Position numbers and translations under genes: made by a program | Assembly: GCF_963921235.1 (NCBI RefSeq) | Contig: NC_086108.1 | Coordinates: 42,842,001-42,906,000, forward strand | Direction: 5' to 3' | Origin: Mobula hypostoma | Taxonomy: Eukaryota | Length of the DNA stretch: 64,000 nucleotides | Part shown: one piece after another, positions 57,401 to 63,562 of the stretch | Layout of the letters: each line of letters starts with the position of its first letter | Numbering within the stretch: the stretch's first letter is position 1 | Notes under the pieces: generated by a model | What the model saw: only the letters and a program-made list of their open reading frames with translations | Databases searched by the model: none | Told to the model about the DNA's origin: nothing

Positions 57401-60400
57401 TGGTCTTACTGACATTGAGTGCAATGTTGTTGTTGTAACACCACTCAACCAGCTGATCTATCTCACTCCTGTATGCCTCCTTATCACCACCTGAAGTTCT
57501 GTCAACAATAGCTGTGTCATCAGCAAACTTCATAGATGGTGTTAGAGCTCTGCCTAGCCACACATATTATCTAATTAGATATTTATATTAGCTGTACCTA
57601 ATAAAGTGGCCACTGAGTCTATTTTCAACTTTCCTCACTATCAGCTTCATGGCCAATTTTTATATCAGCTGAAATCTTCCGAATTGTGGTGCCTACTTTT
57701 AAGTCTATCATTAATAATGAACACCAAAAGCGAAGGACTTTGTCCTGAGTCTTACAGAGCAAACGTAGCAGCTTTCCAGTCTTATAGTCCAGTTCAGTAC
57801 CCTGTGTTCCCTGCCACTTACAGTATTTTACTCTCCTCCATCTCCTCTAACTTTTTAAAATGTTTAATTTGGAATCATGCTCCCATATAGACACGTAGAA
57901 GCATGATATCAGTTCAATTACCAAACCACAACCCTTTTCTTTAAATTGTGTTTCAGTAATTGAAGTGATATCATGCTTCCCATGTCTATCTGTGTCTATG
58001 CCTATCTCCTATTTCACTTAATAGTTTTCTCGCTTTGAAGTTACGGCAATAGCATTGGCAAAGCTTACTTCTAAGTTCTTTGTTTGCAAAATCACACTTA
58101 CTAACCCCTTGCCTCCCATATCAGGTTTGGCTGATCTCTTTTCTAAATCTACACTCAAGTTCCCATTCTTTAATTAAATCTAATTTAAATCCAGTGCAAT
58201 GCTCCATTGAACAATGGAGCCAAGATTTCTCAGCTTTTGTCATCGTCTCTGCAATAAAGTCCTGCATTCTATTTGCCGTCCTAATATTTGTAGTATTGCA
58301 TTATAACTTAGTGTGGTGATCACCCTGTGCTGCAACATTCTATGGGCAATGTCCATTTAAACAATATTCTGTATTTTTATCCAGCAAATCAGATAACTTA
58401 CATTATATATATATTATATTATCCTCCAAAATATGCCCAGACACTCACTGTGTGTCCTTTAGCAGACTCTTTGTGAACTTCTCCTAACATGCCTTCTTGT
58501 GCTGTCAGCAAGTTTGACTACAATACACTCTCCATCTTCATCTGAAATATTAACACGTTGCAAGTATTTGAGGTGCTGCTAGTACAAAATTGCCAACTTT
58601 AAAATGACTTGCACAATGCTTTCCTCTAATACAACACTCAAGAAATAACAGACATTTTTTTTCAACCTTCCAGTGCCATGTAATCCACCATACCTTGAAG
58701 CTAATGTGGACTGTGCAAACAACTCCATGTTGCTTTCATGGGGCGACAGCAATACAGCAATATCATATAGGGCAGATGTCAGTGCTAACAATGAAGACCT
58801 GCTTTACTGTAACACAACAAACACAAGCTGTTACATTCAGCAGCTGAGCTGTGGTACCAAGTACAACGTGTCTATTTATGCTTCTGATGGAGTTTGTAGG
58901 AATATAATTGAAACTACATATGAAGTCGGCACAGGTAAATGTACTACTAATACTATCCATTATTCTACATCAGTGCTTTCATTTAAAACCTTATTTGTTA
59001 TGAAAAAAGATTATATTAATATGTACTATACATATTACTTTTTACAAAAATCCTGTCTATTTATAGGCATACAAATAGCAACTGCCTGACCAGTTTTATT
59101 CTAGTTTAATACGACTGGTGTTCATTTCATCTTACTTGTTATTCCATCCATGTTGACATTTAGTTCCATGTGTACCAGAAGACATCGAAGCCATATTGGG
59201 TCCTGCCAGTAATGGAGTACAAGAAATTGAGGTCAACTGGATGGACAGTCACTGTGCTGAAGACTATGAAGTAGATATTAATGGACAAATTGAACAGGAT
59301 CCGTTCTCCCTGTTTATACTGCGCTCATATTGGACAACCAGAACATTCTTCCAGTTCCCGATTCCTTGCAGTTCCACATATAACATTTCTGTTACAGCTC
59401 GGAATTCAGCAGGAGTTAGCAGCCCAAGCACTCCTTTAACTGGTATCAGTGGTAAGTGATAGAATTAAAAACATAGAAACATAAAAATATAGAAAATAGG
59501 TGCAGGAGTAGGCCATTCGGCCCTTCAAGCCTGCACCGCCATTCAGTATGATCATGGCTGATCATCCAACTCAGAACCCTGTACCTGCATTCTCTCCATA
59601 CCCCCGATCCCTTTAGCCACAAGGGCCATATCTAACTCCCTCTTAAGTATAGCCAATGAACTGGCCTCAACTGTTTCCTGTGGCAGAGAATTCCACAGAT
59701 TCACCACTCTCTGTGTGAAAACAGAGCACATTTTCACATACGAGGGGTGATTGATAAGTTCATGGCCTAAGATAGAAGGAGCCAATTTTAGAAAACCTAG
59801 CACATTTATTTTTCAATGTAGTCCCCTCCTACATGTACACACTTAGTCCAGCGGTCGTGGAGCATACGGATCCCTTCTTTGTTGAAGTGGTCCATGGCAG
59901 GTGTGATTGATAAGTTCACGGCCTAAGGTAGAAGGAGATGAGTTATTAATTTCAAACTTTCTGCATAATCACTCAGAGTTGAACTGCACGTGCATGTAAC
60001 GAGAGCGTCTTGGACCTCCAGGTGGTCCACAGCAGGGGTGATTGATAAGTTCGTGGCCTTGGGTAGAAGGAGATAAGTTATACAGCTCTTGTTACATGCG
60101 CGTGCAGTTCTACTCTGTGTGAAAATGCAGAAAATTTGAAGTTAATAACTCATCTCCTTCTACCTTAGGCCACAAACTTATCAATCACCCCTGCTGTGGA
60201 CCACTTCTGGAGGTCCAAGACACTGACTTCTACAAAGAAGGGATCCGTATGTCCCACGACCACTGGACTAAGTGTGTAAATGTAGGAAAAATAAATGTGC
60301 TAGGTTTCCTAATATTGACTCCTTCTACCCTAGGCCACGAACTTATCAATCACCCCTCGTATTTGAAATCGCATCATACTGTTAAACGATTCCTACAGCT

Positions 60401-63307
60401 CTGTACTGTTGGGACTTAGAAGATATTAATGTACAAGAAAATAAATACAAATCATGTGTTCCGGTACGTTTTTTTATATACACAACTACTTCCTTCTTAA
60501 TCCAACCTTAGCCTTCTACTTCGATGACTACATCATCCTCTTCAATGTTTTGCCTCCTAACTGAGTTGGATGGTACTGACCTTACTCAGTGTCACTGTTT
60601 TATTGAAATAAAGCCAGGGAATAATCTCCATTTGTTTCTCTTGAATTGCCCGATCATCTTTCTTGGCATGCTTCTCGATCTCATTTACAGATACTCCTAA
60701 ACAATATTATCCAAAAATATCAGGCTCCCTATATACCCTGATGACACCTAAGTTCCATCTCACCAGTGCCTCTCCCTTGGTTGGCCTTAAAATTGTAGTG
60801 TGGACTTTCAGCCCAATTGAATTGATATTACCCAACTTCCTTCACATGTTGTGGAATAAGTGAAGAAAGATAAGCTAGCCAGATCTGAGACTGGCAGCCA
60901 GTGGGCAAATCAGACCCTGTACAGGGGCGTCTGTTCATCAGAGAATATGAACCCAGTTGGGGAGAGGGGCAAGGAGAGATGTGAACTGGTCTTTGATAGA
61001 TCATTGCCTTGTGACAAGTCTTGGGTAGAGATCAGTGGCCTATATTAAGGTTCATTAATAGAAAGAATCAATTTTTTGGGCTAGGGAGAATCAGAGGGCA
61101 ATTATGAGTGAGAGGTGAGAAAGTATTTGGTAATGTGGCGGTAGCGTGCAGGAATGGCCTAACAAAGAAGAGGAGGTAAATTAATAGGCCCCAACTAAAT
61201 AGAATCTCAATGTGGCATGGCCATTAAAGCTTGCTTTTTTCCAGGAATAAAGGGGAGAAGCTCTCTTCTACAATCACTCTGAGCACCGGTGCCCCACAAG
61301 GCTGTGTACTCAGTCCCCTGCTGTATTCACTGTACACTCATGGTTGTGTAGCCAAGTTTCCATCAAACTCAATATATAAGTTTGCTGATGACACAACAAT
61401 TGTAGGCCGTATCTCAGGTAATGATGAGTTTGAGTACAGAGAGGAAATTAAGAACCTGGTGGCATGGTGCGAAGACAATAACCTATCCCTGAACGTTAGC
61501 AAGACGAAGGAATTGGTTGTTGACTTCAGAAGGAGTAGCAGACCGCACGACCCAATTTACATCGGTGGTGCGCAAGTGGAACAGGTCACAAACTTTAAGT
61601 TCCTCGGGGTCAATATCACAAATGACCTGACTTGGTCCAACCAAGCAGAGTTCACTGCCTAGAAGGTCCACCAGCACCTTTACTTCCTGAGAAAACTAAA
61701 GAAATTTGGCCTGTCCCCTAAAACCCTCACTAATTTTTATAGATGCACCGTAGAAAGCATTCTTCTAGAGTGCATCACAACCTGGTATGGAAGTTGTCCT
61801 GTCCAAGACTGAAAGAAGCTGCAGAAGATCGTGAACACGGCACAGCACATCACACAAACCAATCTTCCGTCCGTGGACTCACTTTACACTGTACGCTGTC
61901 GGAGCAGTGCTGCCAGGATAATCAAGGACACGACCCACCCAGCCAACAGACTTTTTGTCCCTCTTCCCTCCAGGAGAAGGTTTAGGAGCTTGAAGACTCG
62001 TACGGCCAGATTTGGGAACAGCTTCTTTTCAACTGTGATGAGACTGCTGAACGGATCCTGACCCGGATCTGGGCCGCACCCTCCAAATATCCAGACCTGC
62101 CTCTCGGTTTTTTTGCACCACCTTACTTCCCATTTTTCTATTTTCTATTTATGATTTATAATTTACATTTTTAATATTTACTAATTTTAACTATTTTTAA
62201 TATTTAATATTTGTAATCCAGGGAGTGTGAAGCGCAGATTCAAATATCGCTGTGATGATTGTACGTTCTAGTACTGATTGTTTGGTGACAATAAAGTATA
62301 AAGTAAAGTATAACCAGTAATAGACCTCAACTAAATAATGTGGTCGAGCTTCTCCTGTTATGCTCTAAAAGGATCTTTGCGCAGGGAATGTCATTGCTTT
62401 GCACATGACCTGATTCACTCCTGCCATAGAGTATTAATAACTTGTTCTTCAACTTCATCATCTAACCTGTAATCTTTAACATTGATAAGGACAAGGGCAG
62501 CAAGCACTTGGGAAATCAAGATGAAGATCAGAGATGAAATTTTTGACGGTGGAGAACGTTCAAGAGCCAAATGACATTCCATCCAAGTCACGTATCATCT
62601 TGACCTTCAATTATTACTGTATAATGACTAAAATATGTAGGAAATTAGATAATATCAACTCAATTGTGCCTGAAAACTACACCAGAATTTTAAGGCCAGT
62701 AAAGAGATAAGAGAGGTGCTGGTGAGATGAATCTAGATGATCAGGGTACACATGGGACCTAGTAGGCTTGATGCTTACTGAACCTGCTACAGAGATCAAA
62801 GTCATCTCTGATACTTCAAGACCATTTCTGCCACCCCAACCCACCTCTGATCCAAAAATACATGTCTCTGCTTTGAATATACTCTAATGACTAACTCTCA
62901 GGATTTACTGCACTTTGCGTTAAGAAATTTAAATAACAATCAATTTACTCAATGCAAAATTCTAGTCTCTTCACTCAAAAGAAAAGCAATCTCTTGCTGG
63001 CATTTTAAATTCAGCATTATGCAAGTAACAAACCAATCATGAATAAATAATATTTTGTATTTCAGTTCCTTGCTCTCCAACCAATCTAAATTCTTCTTGG
63101 GAAAATGGTACACTATTTCTATCGTGGAAGGAGTCGATTAATGCCGCAGAGTATGTTGTGTATGAAGTTTCCAATTTAGAAAGAAATGAGATTTGCAGAA
63201 CATCAACTCTCTCGTGTAAAGTTTCAAATGTTCAGAATGATACAGTTGAAATTGTTGCTTTAAATTCTGCTGGCGAAAGTGAAATCACTCCAGTAATTTT
63301 TTTCTAA
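233..63307 (+). CDS. Multi-exon gene, 5'-incomplete: giant Cys-rich FN3-repeat protein, FNDC7-like; 41 exons, about 3,550 aa in the window
   Basis: 41 AG..GT-bounded exons, each encoding a PC-x-P...C...W...Y...C-x6-C...L-x-C-G/S-x-x-Y...C FN3-type module. All are phase 1-1 and splice in frame to TAA at 63305-63307. The motif resembles vertebrate FNDC7 and fish FNDC7-like proteins; orthology not established. Confidence 0.9.
756..1016 (+). CDS. Exon B1 (261 nt)
   Basis: cccAG|CTCCCTGT...ACAG|GTaaac; APCSPQNVSAHLDCTTHGASVWW... Confidence 0.92.
1385..1645 (+). CDS. Exon C1 (261 nt)
   Basis: tgcAG|TACCATGT...ACAG|GTaatt; VPCIPQNVVAHINCENNTVSVFW... Confidence 0.92.
1760..2014 (+). CDS. Exon D1 (255 nt)
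   Basis: tgcAG|TACCGTGT...ACAG|GTaact; VPCVPQNVNAYMDCDAGFLSVSW... Confidence 0.92.
2209..2469 (+). CDS. Exon E1 (261 nt; not in ORF track)
   Basis: tctAG|TTTGCTGCATC...ACTG|GTatgt; VCCIPQNLDVHVDCDTNDASVLW... Confidence 0.9.
2845..2892 (+). mobile_element. LINE 3' tail fragment (Rex1-like) with (ATGACT)n
   Basis: GGGATCAATAAAGTATGACTATGACTATGACTATG: a polyA signal plus a short tandem tail. Confidence 0.45.
3158..3418 (+). CDS. Exon F1 (261 nt)
   Basis: tgcAG|CCCCTTGT...ACAG|GTaaaa; APCTPEHTSTSLDCDTRSTSVTW... Confidence 0.92.
3884..4138 (+). CDS. Exon G1 (255 nt)
   Basis: tgaAG|CCCCTTGT...ACAG|GTaaat; APCPPQNVHADGVGVTAFVSW... Confidence 0.9.
4160..4345 (+). mobile_element. tRNA-derived SINE fragment
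   Basis: A-box-like TGATGTAGTGG and B-box GGTTCGAATC; related to the copy at 40612-40860. Confidence 0.6.
4875..5168 (+). mobile_element. CR1-type LINE 3' fragment
   Basis: CR1 ORF2 C-terminal-like sequence (CAGAGGGTAGGGAACCTGTGGAATTCATTGCC) and a TCTTATGGTCTATG tail; related to 41770-42548. Confidence 0.65.
7892..8152 (+). CDS. Exon H1 (261 nt)
   Basis: tatAG|CACCTTGT...ACTG|GTaaat; APCAPDEIVANVDCNSNRVVVSW... Confidence 0.92.
8250..8482 (+). pseudogene. Decayed pseudo-exon I1
   Basis: Lies 97 nt after H1, where I2/I3 sit after H2/H3. Aligns to I (CTGAGAATCTAAC, CAAGTGATACAAGGGCTCAAATC), but acceptor AG>AA, donor GT>AC, several deletions and lost cysteines. Confidence 0.85.
9423..9683 (+). 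CDS. Exon A2 (261 nt)
   Basis: ttcAG|TCCCTTGT...ACAG|GTagtt; paralogue of A1. Confidence 0.92.
10525..10785 (+). CDS. Exon B2 (261 nt)
   Basis: ttcAG|CTCCTTGC...ACAG|GTaaaa; APCRPQNVSTYLNCATHTASVWW... Confidence 0.92.
10974..11234 (+). CDS. Exon C2 (261 nt)
   Basis: tatAG|CACCTTGT...ACAG|GTaatt. Confidence 0.92.
11350..11604 (+). CDS. Exon D2 (255 nt)
   Basis: tgcAG|TACCGTGT...ACAG|GTaact. Confidence 0.92.
11807..12067 (+). CDS. Exon E2 (261 nt)
   Basis: tgtAG|TTTCCTGC...ACTG|GTaggt. Confidence 0.92.
12250..12580 (+). mobile_element. CR1-type LINE 3' fragment
   Basis: TTCACTCAGAGGGTCGTGAGAGTGTGG (FTQRVVRVW) motif and a CTATGACT tail. Confidence 0.65.
13939..14199 (+). CDS. Exon F2 (261 nt)
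   Basis: tgcAG|CCCCATGT...ACAG|GTaaag. Confidence 0.92.
15705..16380 (+). mobile_element. Tigger/pogo DNA transposon, internally deleted (Tigger4/Zombi-like)
   Basis: TA|CAGGTTGAGTACCCCT...AGGGGTACTCAACCTG|TA TIRs with TA TSD. The internal ORF 15977-16192 (SAGWLQKFEKRHGI) is a CENP-B-type HTH remnant. Confidence 0.88.
17105..17359 (+). CDS. Exon G2 (255 nt)
   Basis: tgaAG|CCCCTTGT...ACAG|GTagta. Confidence 0.9.
17903..18205 (-). mobile_element. Rex1/Babar-like LINE 3' fragment, containing a (TA)n microsatellite near 18010-18030
   Basis: GATTCAGAATCAGGTTTAATATC tail, homologous to the 3' end of the element at 56658-57563. Confidence 0.6.
18682..18942 (+). CDS. Exon H2 (261 nt)
   Basis: cacAG|CACCATGT...ACTG|GTaagt. 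Confidence 0.92.
19040..19300 (+). CDS. Exon I2 (261 nt)
   Basis: aatAG|CACCCTGC...TCAG|GTaaaa; APCIPENLTAELNCDLNTISFWW... Confidence 0.92.
21413..21673 (+). CDS. Exon A3 (261 nt)
   Basis: ttcAG|TCCCTTGT...ACAG|GTaact. Confidence 0.92.
21800..22110 (+). mobile_element. Decayed SINE/LINE-tail repeat
   Basis: Resembles, from memory, the common elasmobranch SINE body (CATCTGGTT...TCTGGCCTA...CAATAAA); strongly decayed. Confidence 0.35.
22616..22876 (+). CDS. Exon B3 (261 nt)
   Basis: tccAG|CCCCCTGC...ACAG|GTaaat. Confidence 0.92.
23260..24232. mobile_element. Tc1/mariner-pogo superfamily non-autonomous element
   Basis: TIRs (GATTCTGGTTAATTGG ... CCAATTAACCAGAATCCACTG) flanked by TA. Confidence 0.7.
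23499..23637 (+). mobile_element. Penelope-like pseudo-LTR fragment with 13-bp TSD
   Basis: TSD AATGGAGGAATTA at 23486-23498 and 23638-23650; the insert is partly palindromic (CATCTATGGAAAAAA...TTTTTTCCATAGATG). Confidence 0.7.
24308..26545 (-). mobile_element. CR1 LINE, 5'-truncated ORF2 (reverse transcriptase), young
   Basis: ORFs 24969-26492 and 24387-24956 carry [34 protein letters not shown] and KFADD; (TTTCTATG)n 3' tail. Confidence 0.95.
26735..26995 (+). CDS. Exon C3 (261 nt)
   Basis: tacAG|TACCTTGT...GCAG|GTaaca. Confidence 0.92.
27102..27356 (+). CDS. Exon D3 (255 nt)
   Basis: tgcAG|TACCGTGT...ACAG|GTaact. Confidence 0.92.
27700..28500 (-). mobile_element. Decayed CR1 LINE fragment
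   Basis: Reverse-strand CR1 ORF2 C-terminal-like sequence (e.g. CAACATTCTGGTGAACCTCTTTTGCAC). Confidence 0.5.
28527..29013 (+). mobile_element. Tc1-like non-autonomous DNA transposon
   Basis: GGCCACTTTATT ... AAAATGGCCACTGAGTG termini. The interior encodes a Tc1 N-terminal HTH remnant (GMIVGAAQSGLSISETDDLLGFSHT). Confidence 0.8.
29166..29426 (+). CDS. Exon E3 (261 nt)
   Basis: tctAG|TTTCATGC...ACCG|GTatgt. Confidence 0.92.
29637..30200 (-). mobile_element. Penelope-like element 3' remnant
   Basis: The minus strand reads RVEEQHLIICQGCHQPNNMNIN, like the C-terminus of PLE GIY-YIG ORFs. A pyrimidine-rich spacer and a pLTR with a CTGATGA...GAAA core follow. Confidence 0.7.
30416..30676 (+). 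CDS. Exon F3 (261 nt)
   Basis: tgcAG|CCCCATGT...ACAG|GTaaca. Confidence 0.92.
31560..31995 (-). mobile_element. Decayed CR1 3' fragment
   Basis: Minus-strand ORF with RGDLIEIYKIMK, the CR1 ORF2 C-terminal motif. Confidence 0.65.
33446..33700 (+). CDS. Exon G3 (255 nt)
   Basis: ccaAG|TCCCTTGC...ACAG|GTaaaa. Confidence 0.9.
34479..34610 (+). mobile_element. Penelope-like pLTR fragment
   Basis: GTCCTGAAGAAAGGTCTTGGCCCAAAAC...GATGCTGCCTGACCTGCTGAGTTCC...CAGCATCTGCAGA; same family as 29637-29780. Confidence 0.6.
34751..35011 (+). CDS. Exon H3 (261 nt)
   Basis: cacAG|CACCATGT...ACTG|GTaaat. Confidence 0.92.
35110..35370 (+). CDS. Exon I3 (261 nt)
   Basis: aatAG|CACCCTGC...TCAG|GTattg. Confidence 0.92.
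36975..39200 (+). mobile_element. Old decayed CR1-group LINE, interrupted by a minisatellite and other inserts
   Basis: AGVPQNSVLSP ([10 protein letters not shown]-like) near 37035; later RT C-terminal-like segments and a 3' UTR-like CAAGGCAATTAGGGATGAGAAATAAA. Confidence 0.5.
37223..37906. repeat. Minisatellite: 57-bp unit, 12 copies
   Basis: Unit GGCACTGACCATCTACAACAAGAGGACCTCATTACCTCCCTTTGATGTTCAATACCA. Confidence 0.97.
39860..40120 (+). CDS. Exon A4 (261 nt)
   Basis: ttcAG|TCCCTTGT...ACAG|GTaatc. Confidence 0.92.
40612..40860 (+). mobile_element. tRNA-derived SINE
   Basis: A box TGGCGCAGTGG and B box GAGTTCGAATCC; CpG-rich, so probably young. Confidence 0.7.
41119..41379 (+). CDS. Exon B4 (261 nt)
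   Basis: ttaAG|CTCCCTGT...ACAG|GTaacg. Confidence 0.9.
41770..42548 (+). mobile_element. CR1 LINE 3' portion, decayed
   Basis: QRDLGV, QRRFTRMILG and LIETYRIL motifs; TTATGATCATATGG tail. Confidence 0.75.
42817..43077 (+). CDS. Exon C4 (261 nt)
   Basis: tacAG|CACCTTGT...GCAG|GTaaca. Confidence 0.92.
43184..43438 (+). CDS. Exon D4 (255 nt)
   Basis: tgcAG|TACCGTGT...ACAG|GTaact. Confidence 0.92.
43548..43825 (+). mobile_element. V-SINE-like element
   Basis: tRNA-like head (CAGTGGTTAGC...GAGTTCAATTCC) and a GTGGGTTTCCTC...GGTTTCCTCCCACAGTCCAA core. Confidence 0.65.
43924..44184 (+). CDS. Exon E4 (261 nt)
   Basis: tctAG|TTTCGTGC...ACTG|GTaggt. Confidence 0.92.
45291..45551 (+). CDS. Exon F4 (261 nt)
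   Basis: tgcAG|CCCCTTGT...ACAG|GTaaaa. Confidence 0.92.
45995..46249 (+). CDS. Exon G4 (255 nt)
   Basis: tgaAG|CCCCTTGT...ACAG|GTaata. Confidence 0.9.
46379..47192. mobile_element. Tigger-like non-autonomous element spanning the assembly gap
   Basis: TA|CAGGTCCACAATCCCTTATACGAAATTC ... GAATTTCGAATAAAGGAATGTGCACCTG|TA. Confidence 0.75.
46517..46656. other. Assembly gap (140 N)
   Basis: Run of N. Confidence 1.
47673..47933 (+). CDS. Exon H4 (261 nt)
   Basis: tatAG|CACCTTGT...ACTG|GTaata. Confidence 0.92.
48042..48302 (+). CDS. Exon I4 (261 nt; diverged I copy)
   Basis: aatAG|CACCTTGC...ACAG|GTatcg; APCIPENLAAELTCSSNTVSITW... Confidence 0.9.
48440..48675 (-). mobile_element. V-SINE-like element
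   Basis: GTGGGAGGAAACCAGAGCACCCAGACGAAAC is the reverse complement of the V-domain core. Confidence 0.55.
49646..49906 (+). CDS. Exon J (single-copy FN3, 261 nt; not in ORF track)
   Basis: tgtAG|GACCTTGC...ACAG|GTaacc; GPCTPQNTVADIDCTIHSALASW...LHCGKLYNITIVAVNQMC. Confidence 0.9.
50400..50660 (-). mobile_element. Decayed V-SINE-like element
   Basis: GGGAGAAAGCCTGAGCA...CTCCACACAGACAGCACCAGAGGTCAGG. Confidence 0.5.
51586..51846 (+). CDS. Exon K (single-copy FN3, 261 nt)
   Basis: cgtAG|CACCATGT...ACAG|GTaatg; APCIPEGITAQVDCDTNDALVSW... Confidence 0.9.
52208..52468 (+). CDS. Exon L (single-copy FN3, 261 nt)
   Basis: tccAG|GACCATGC...GGAG|GTaacc; GPCISRNVSAVVDCDTNIARVSW... Confidence 0.9.
52754..52972. 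mobile_element. Palindromic Penelope-like insert with 14-bp TSD, inside an older CR1 3' fragment (about 52645-53200)
   Basis: TSD AGTTTTAAAGGGGA at 52740-52753 and 52973-52986; 79-bp inverted arms at 52787-52865 and 52891-52969 with one mismatch. Confidence 0.8.
52851..52884 (-). ncRNA. Minimal hammerhead ribozyme-like motif (Penelope-associated)
   Basis: The minus strand reads GUC-CUGACGA-AGG(GUCUUGG)CCU-GAAA-CG-UC-GAC: intact CUGANGA/GAAA/UH core, short helices I and II, and a palindromic ACGU helix III. Confidence 0.6.
53655..56480 (+). mobile_element. CR1 LINE ORF2 (APE endonuclease plus RT), frameshifted
   Basis: [42 protein letters not shown] and KFADD motifs; (TTTCTATG)n tail. Confidence 0.93.
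56658..57563 (-). mobile_element. Rex1/Babar LINE 3' portion
   Basis: KFADDTAIV...WCYNNNIALNVSKTKELIVDFRK. Confidence 0.85.
58674..58934 (+). CDS. Exon M (single-copy FN3, 261 nt)
   Basis: tccAG|TGCCATGT...ACAG|GTaaat; VPCNPPYLEANVDCANNSMLLSW... Confidence 0.9.
59164..59451 (+). CDS. Exon N (atypical FN3, 288 nt)
   Basis: tttAG|TTCCATGT...AGTG|GTaagt; VPCVPEDIEA...RSYWTTRTFFQFPIPCSSTYNISVTARNSAGVS. Confidence 0.88.
59468..59719 (-). mobile_element. CR1 3' fragment of the same young family as 24308-26545
   Basis: Near-identical to 24308-24555. Confidence 0.9.
59741..60359. mobile_element. Mariner-like MITE (foldback)
   Basis: TA|CGAGGGGTGATTGATAAGTT ... AACTTATCAATCACCCCTCG|TA, with internal TIR copies. 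Confidence 0.85.
61250..62312 (+). mobile_element. Rex1/Babar LINE 3' portion
   Basis: TGAPQGCVLSPLLYSLYT...KFADDTTIVG...LNVSKTKELVVDFRR; AATAAAGTATAAAGTAAAG tail. Confidence 0.9.
63066..63307 (+). CDS. Exon O: last coding FN3 exon, ends in TAA (not in ORF track)
   Basis: ttcAG|TTCCTTGC...; VPCSPTNLNSSWENGTLFLSWKES...ALNSAGESEITPVIFF*, followed by G|GTAAGT. Confidence 0.85.
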
Positions 63308-63562
63308 GGTAAGTCTTTCTGCCTTGAAAATACATGATAAGTCATTGAAGGTTTATTCTAAACAGATATACCAAAAGGGTTTTTTGATTTTTTTTGTACT
63401 ACAGATTTTTTTTTGTGTATTAGTAACTTAATATAATTGAGAGAAATAGTAGACAAATTTCCTTATTAAAATGTGCTTCTATAGATTTGATTTGTTCAGC
63501 TTGTGGTCAGATGCCCAAATCTATTATTAAAGCATGTTTTGCTTATTTTTATTCCAGTAATT

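Larger units (their letters stand above)
53300..57619 (-). mobile_element. Tc1-like element split by two LINE insertions
   Basis: Pieces at 53300-53630, 56481-56657 and 57564-57619 together match the copy at 28527-29013. The ORF MARLVQADRKATVIQI is a Tc1 transposase remnant. Confidence 0.75.

Noticed and set aside
659-59459. Treating each FN3 ORF as a separate small gene
   Set aside because: Homology between copies stops at AG/GT boundaries, ORF starts and ends lie in intronic sequence, and the exons join in frame.
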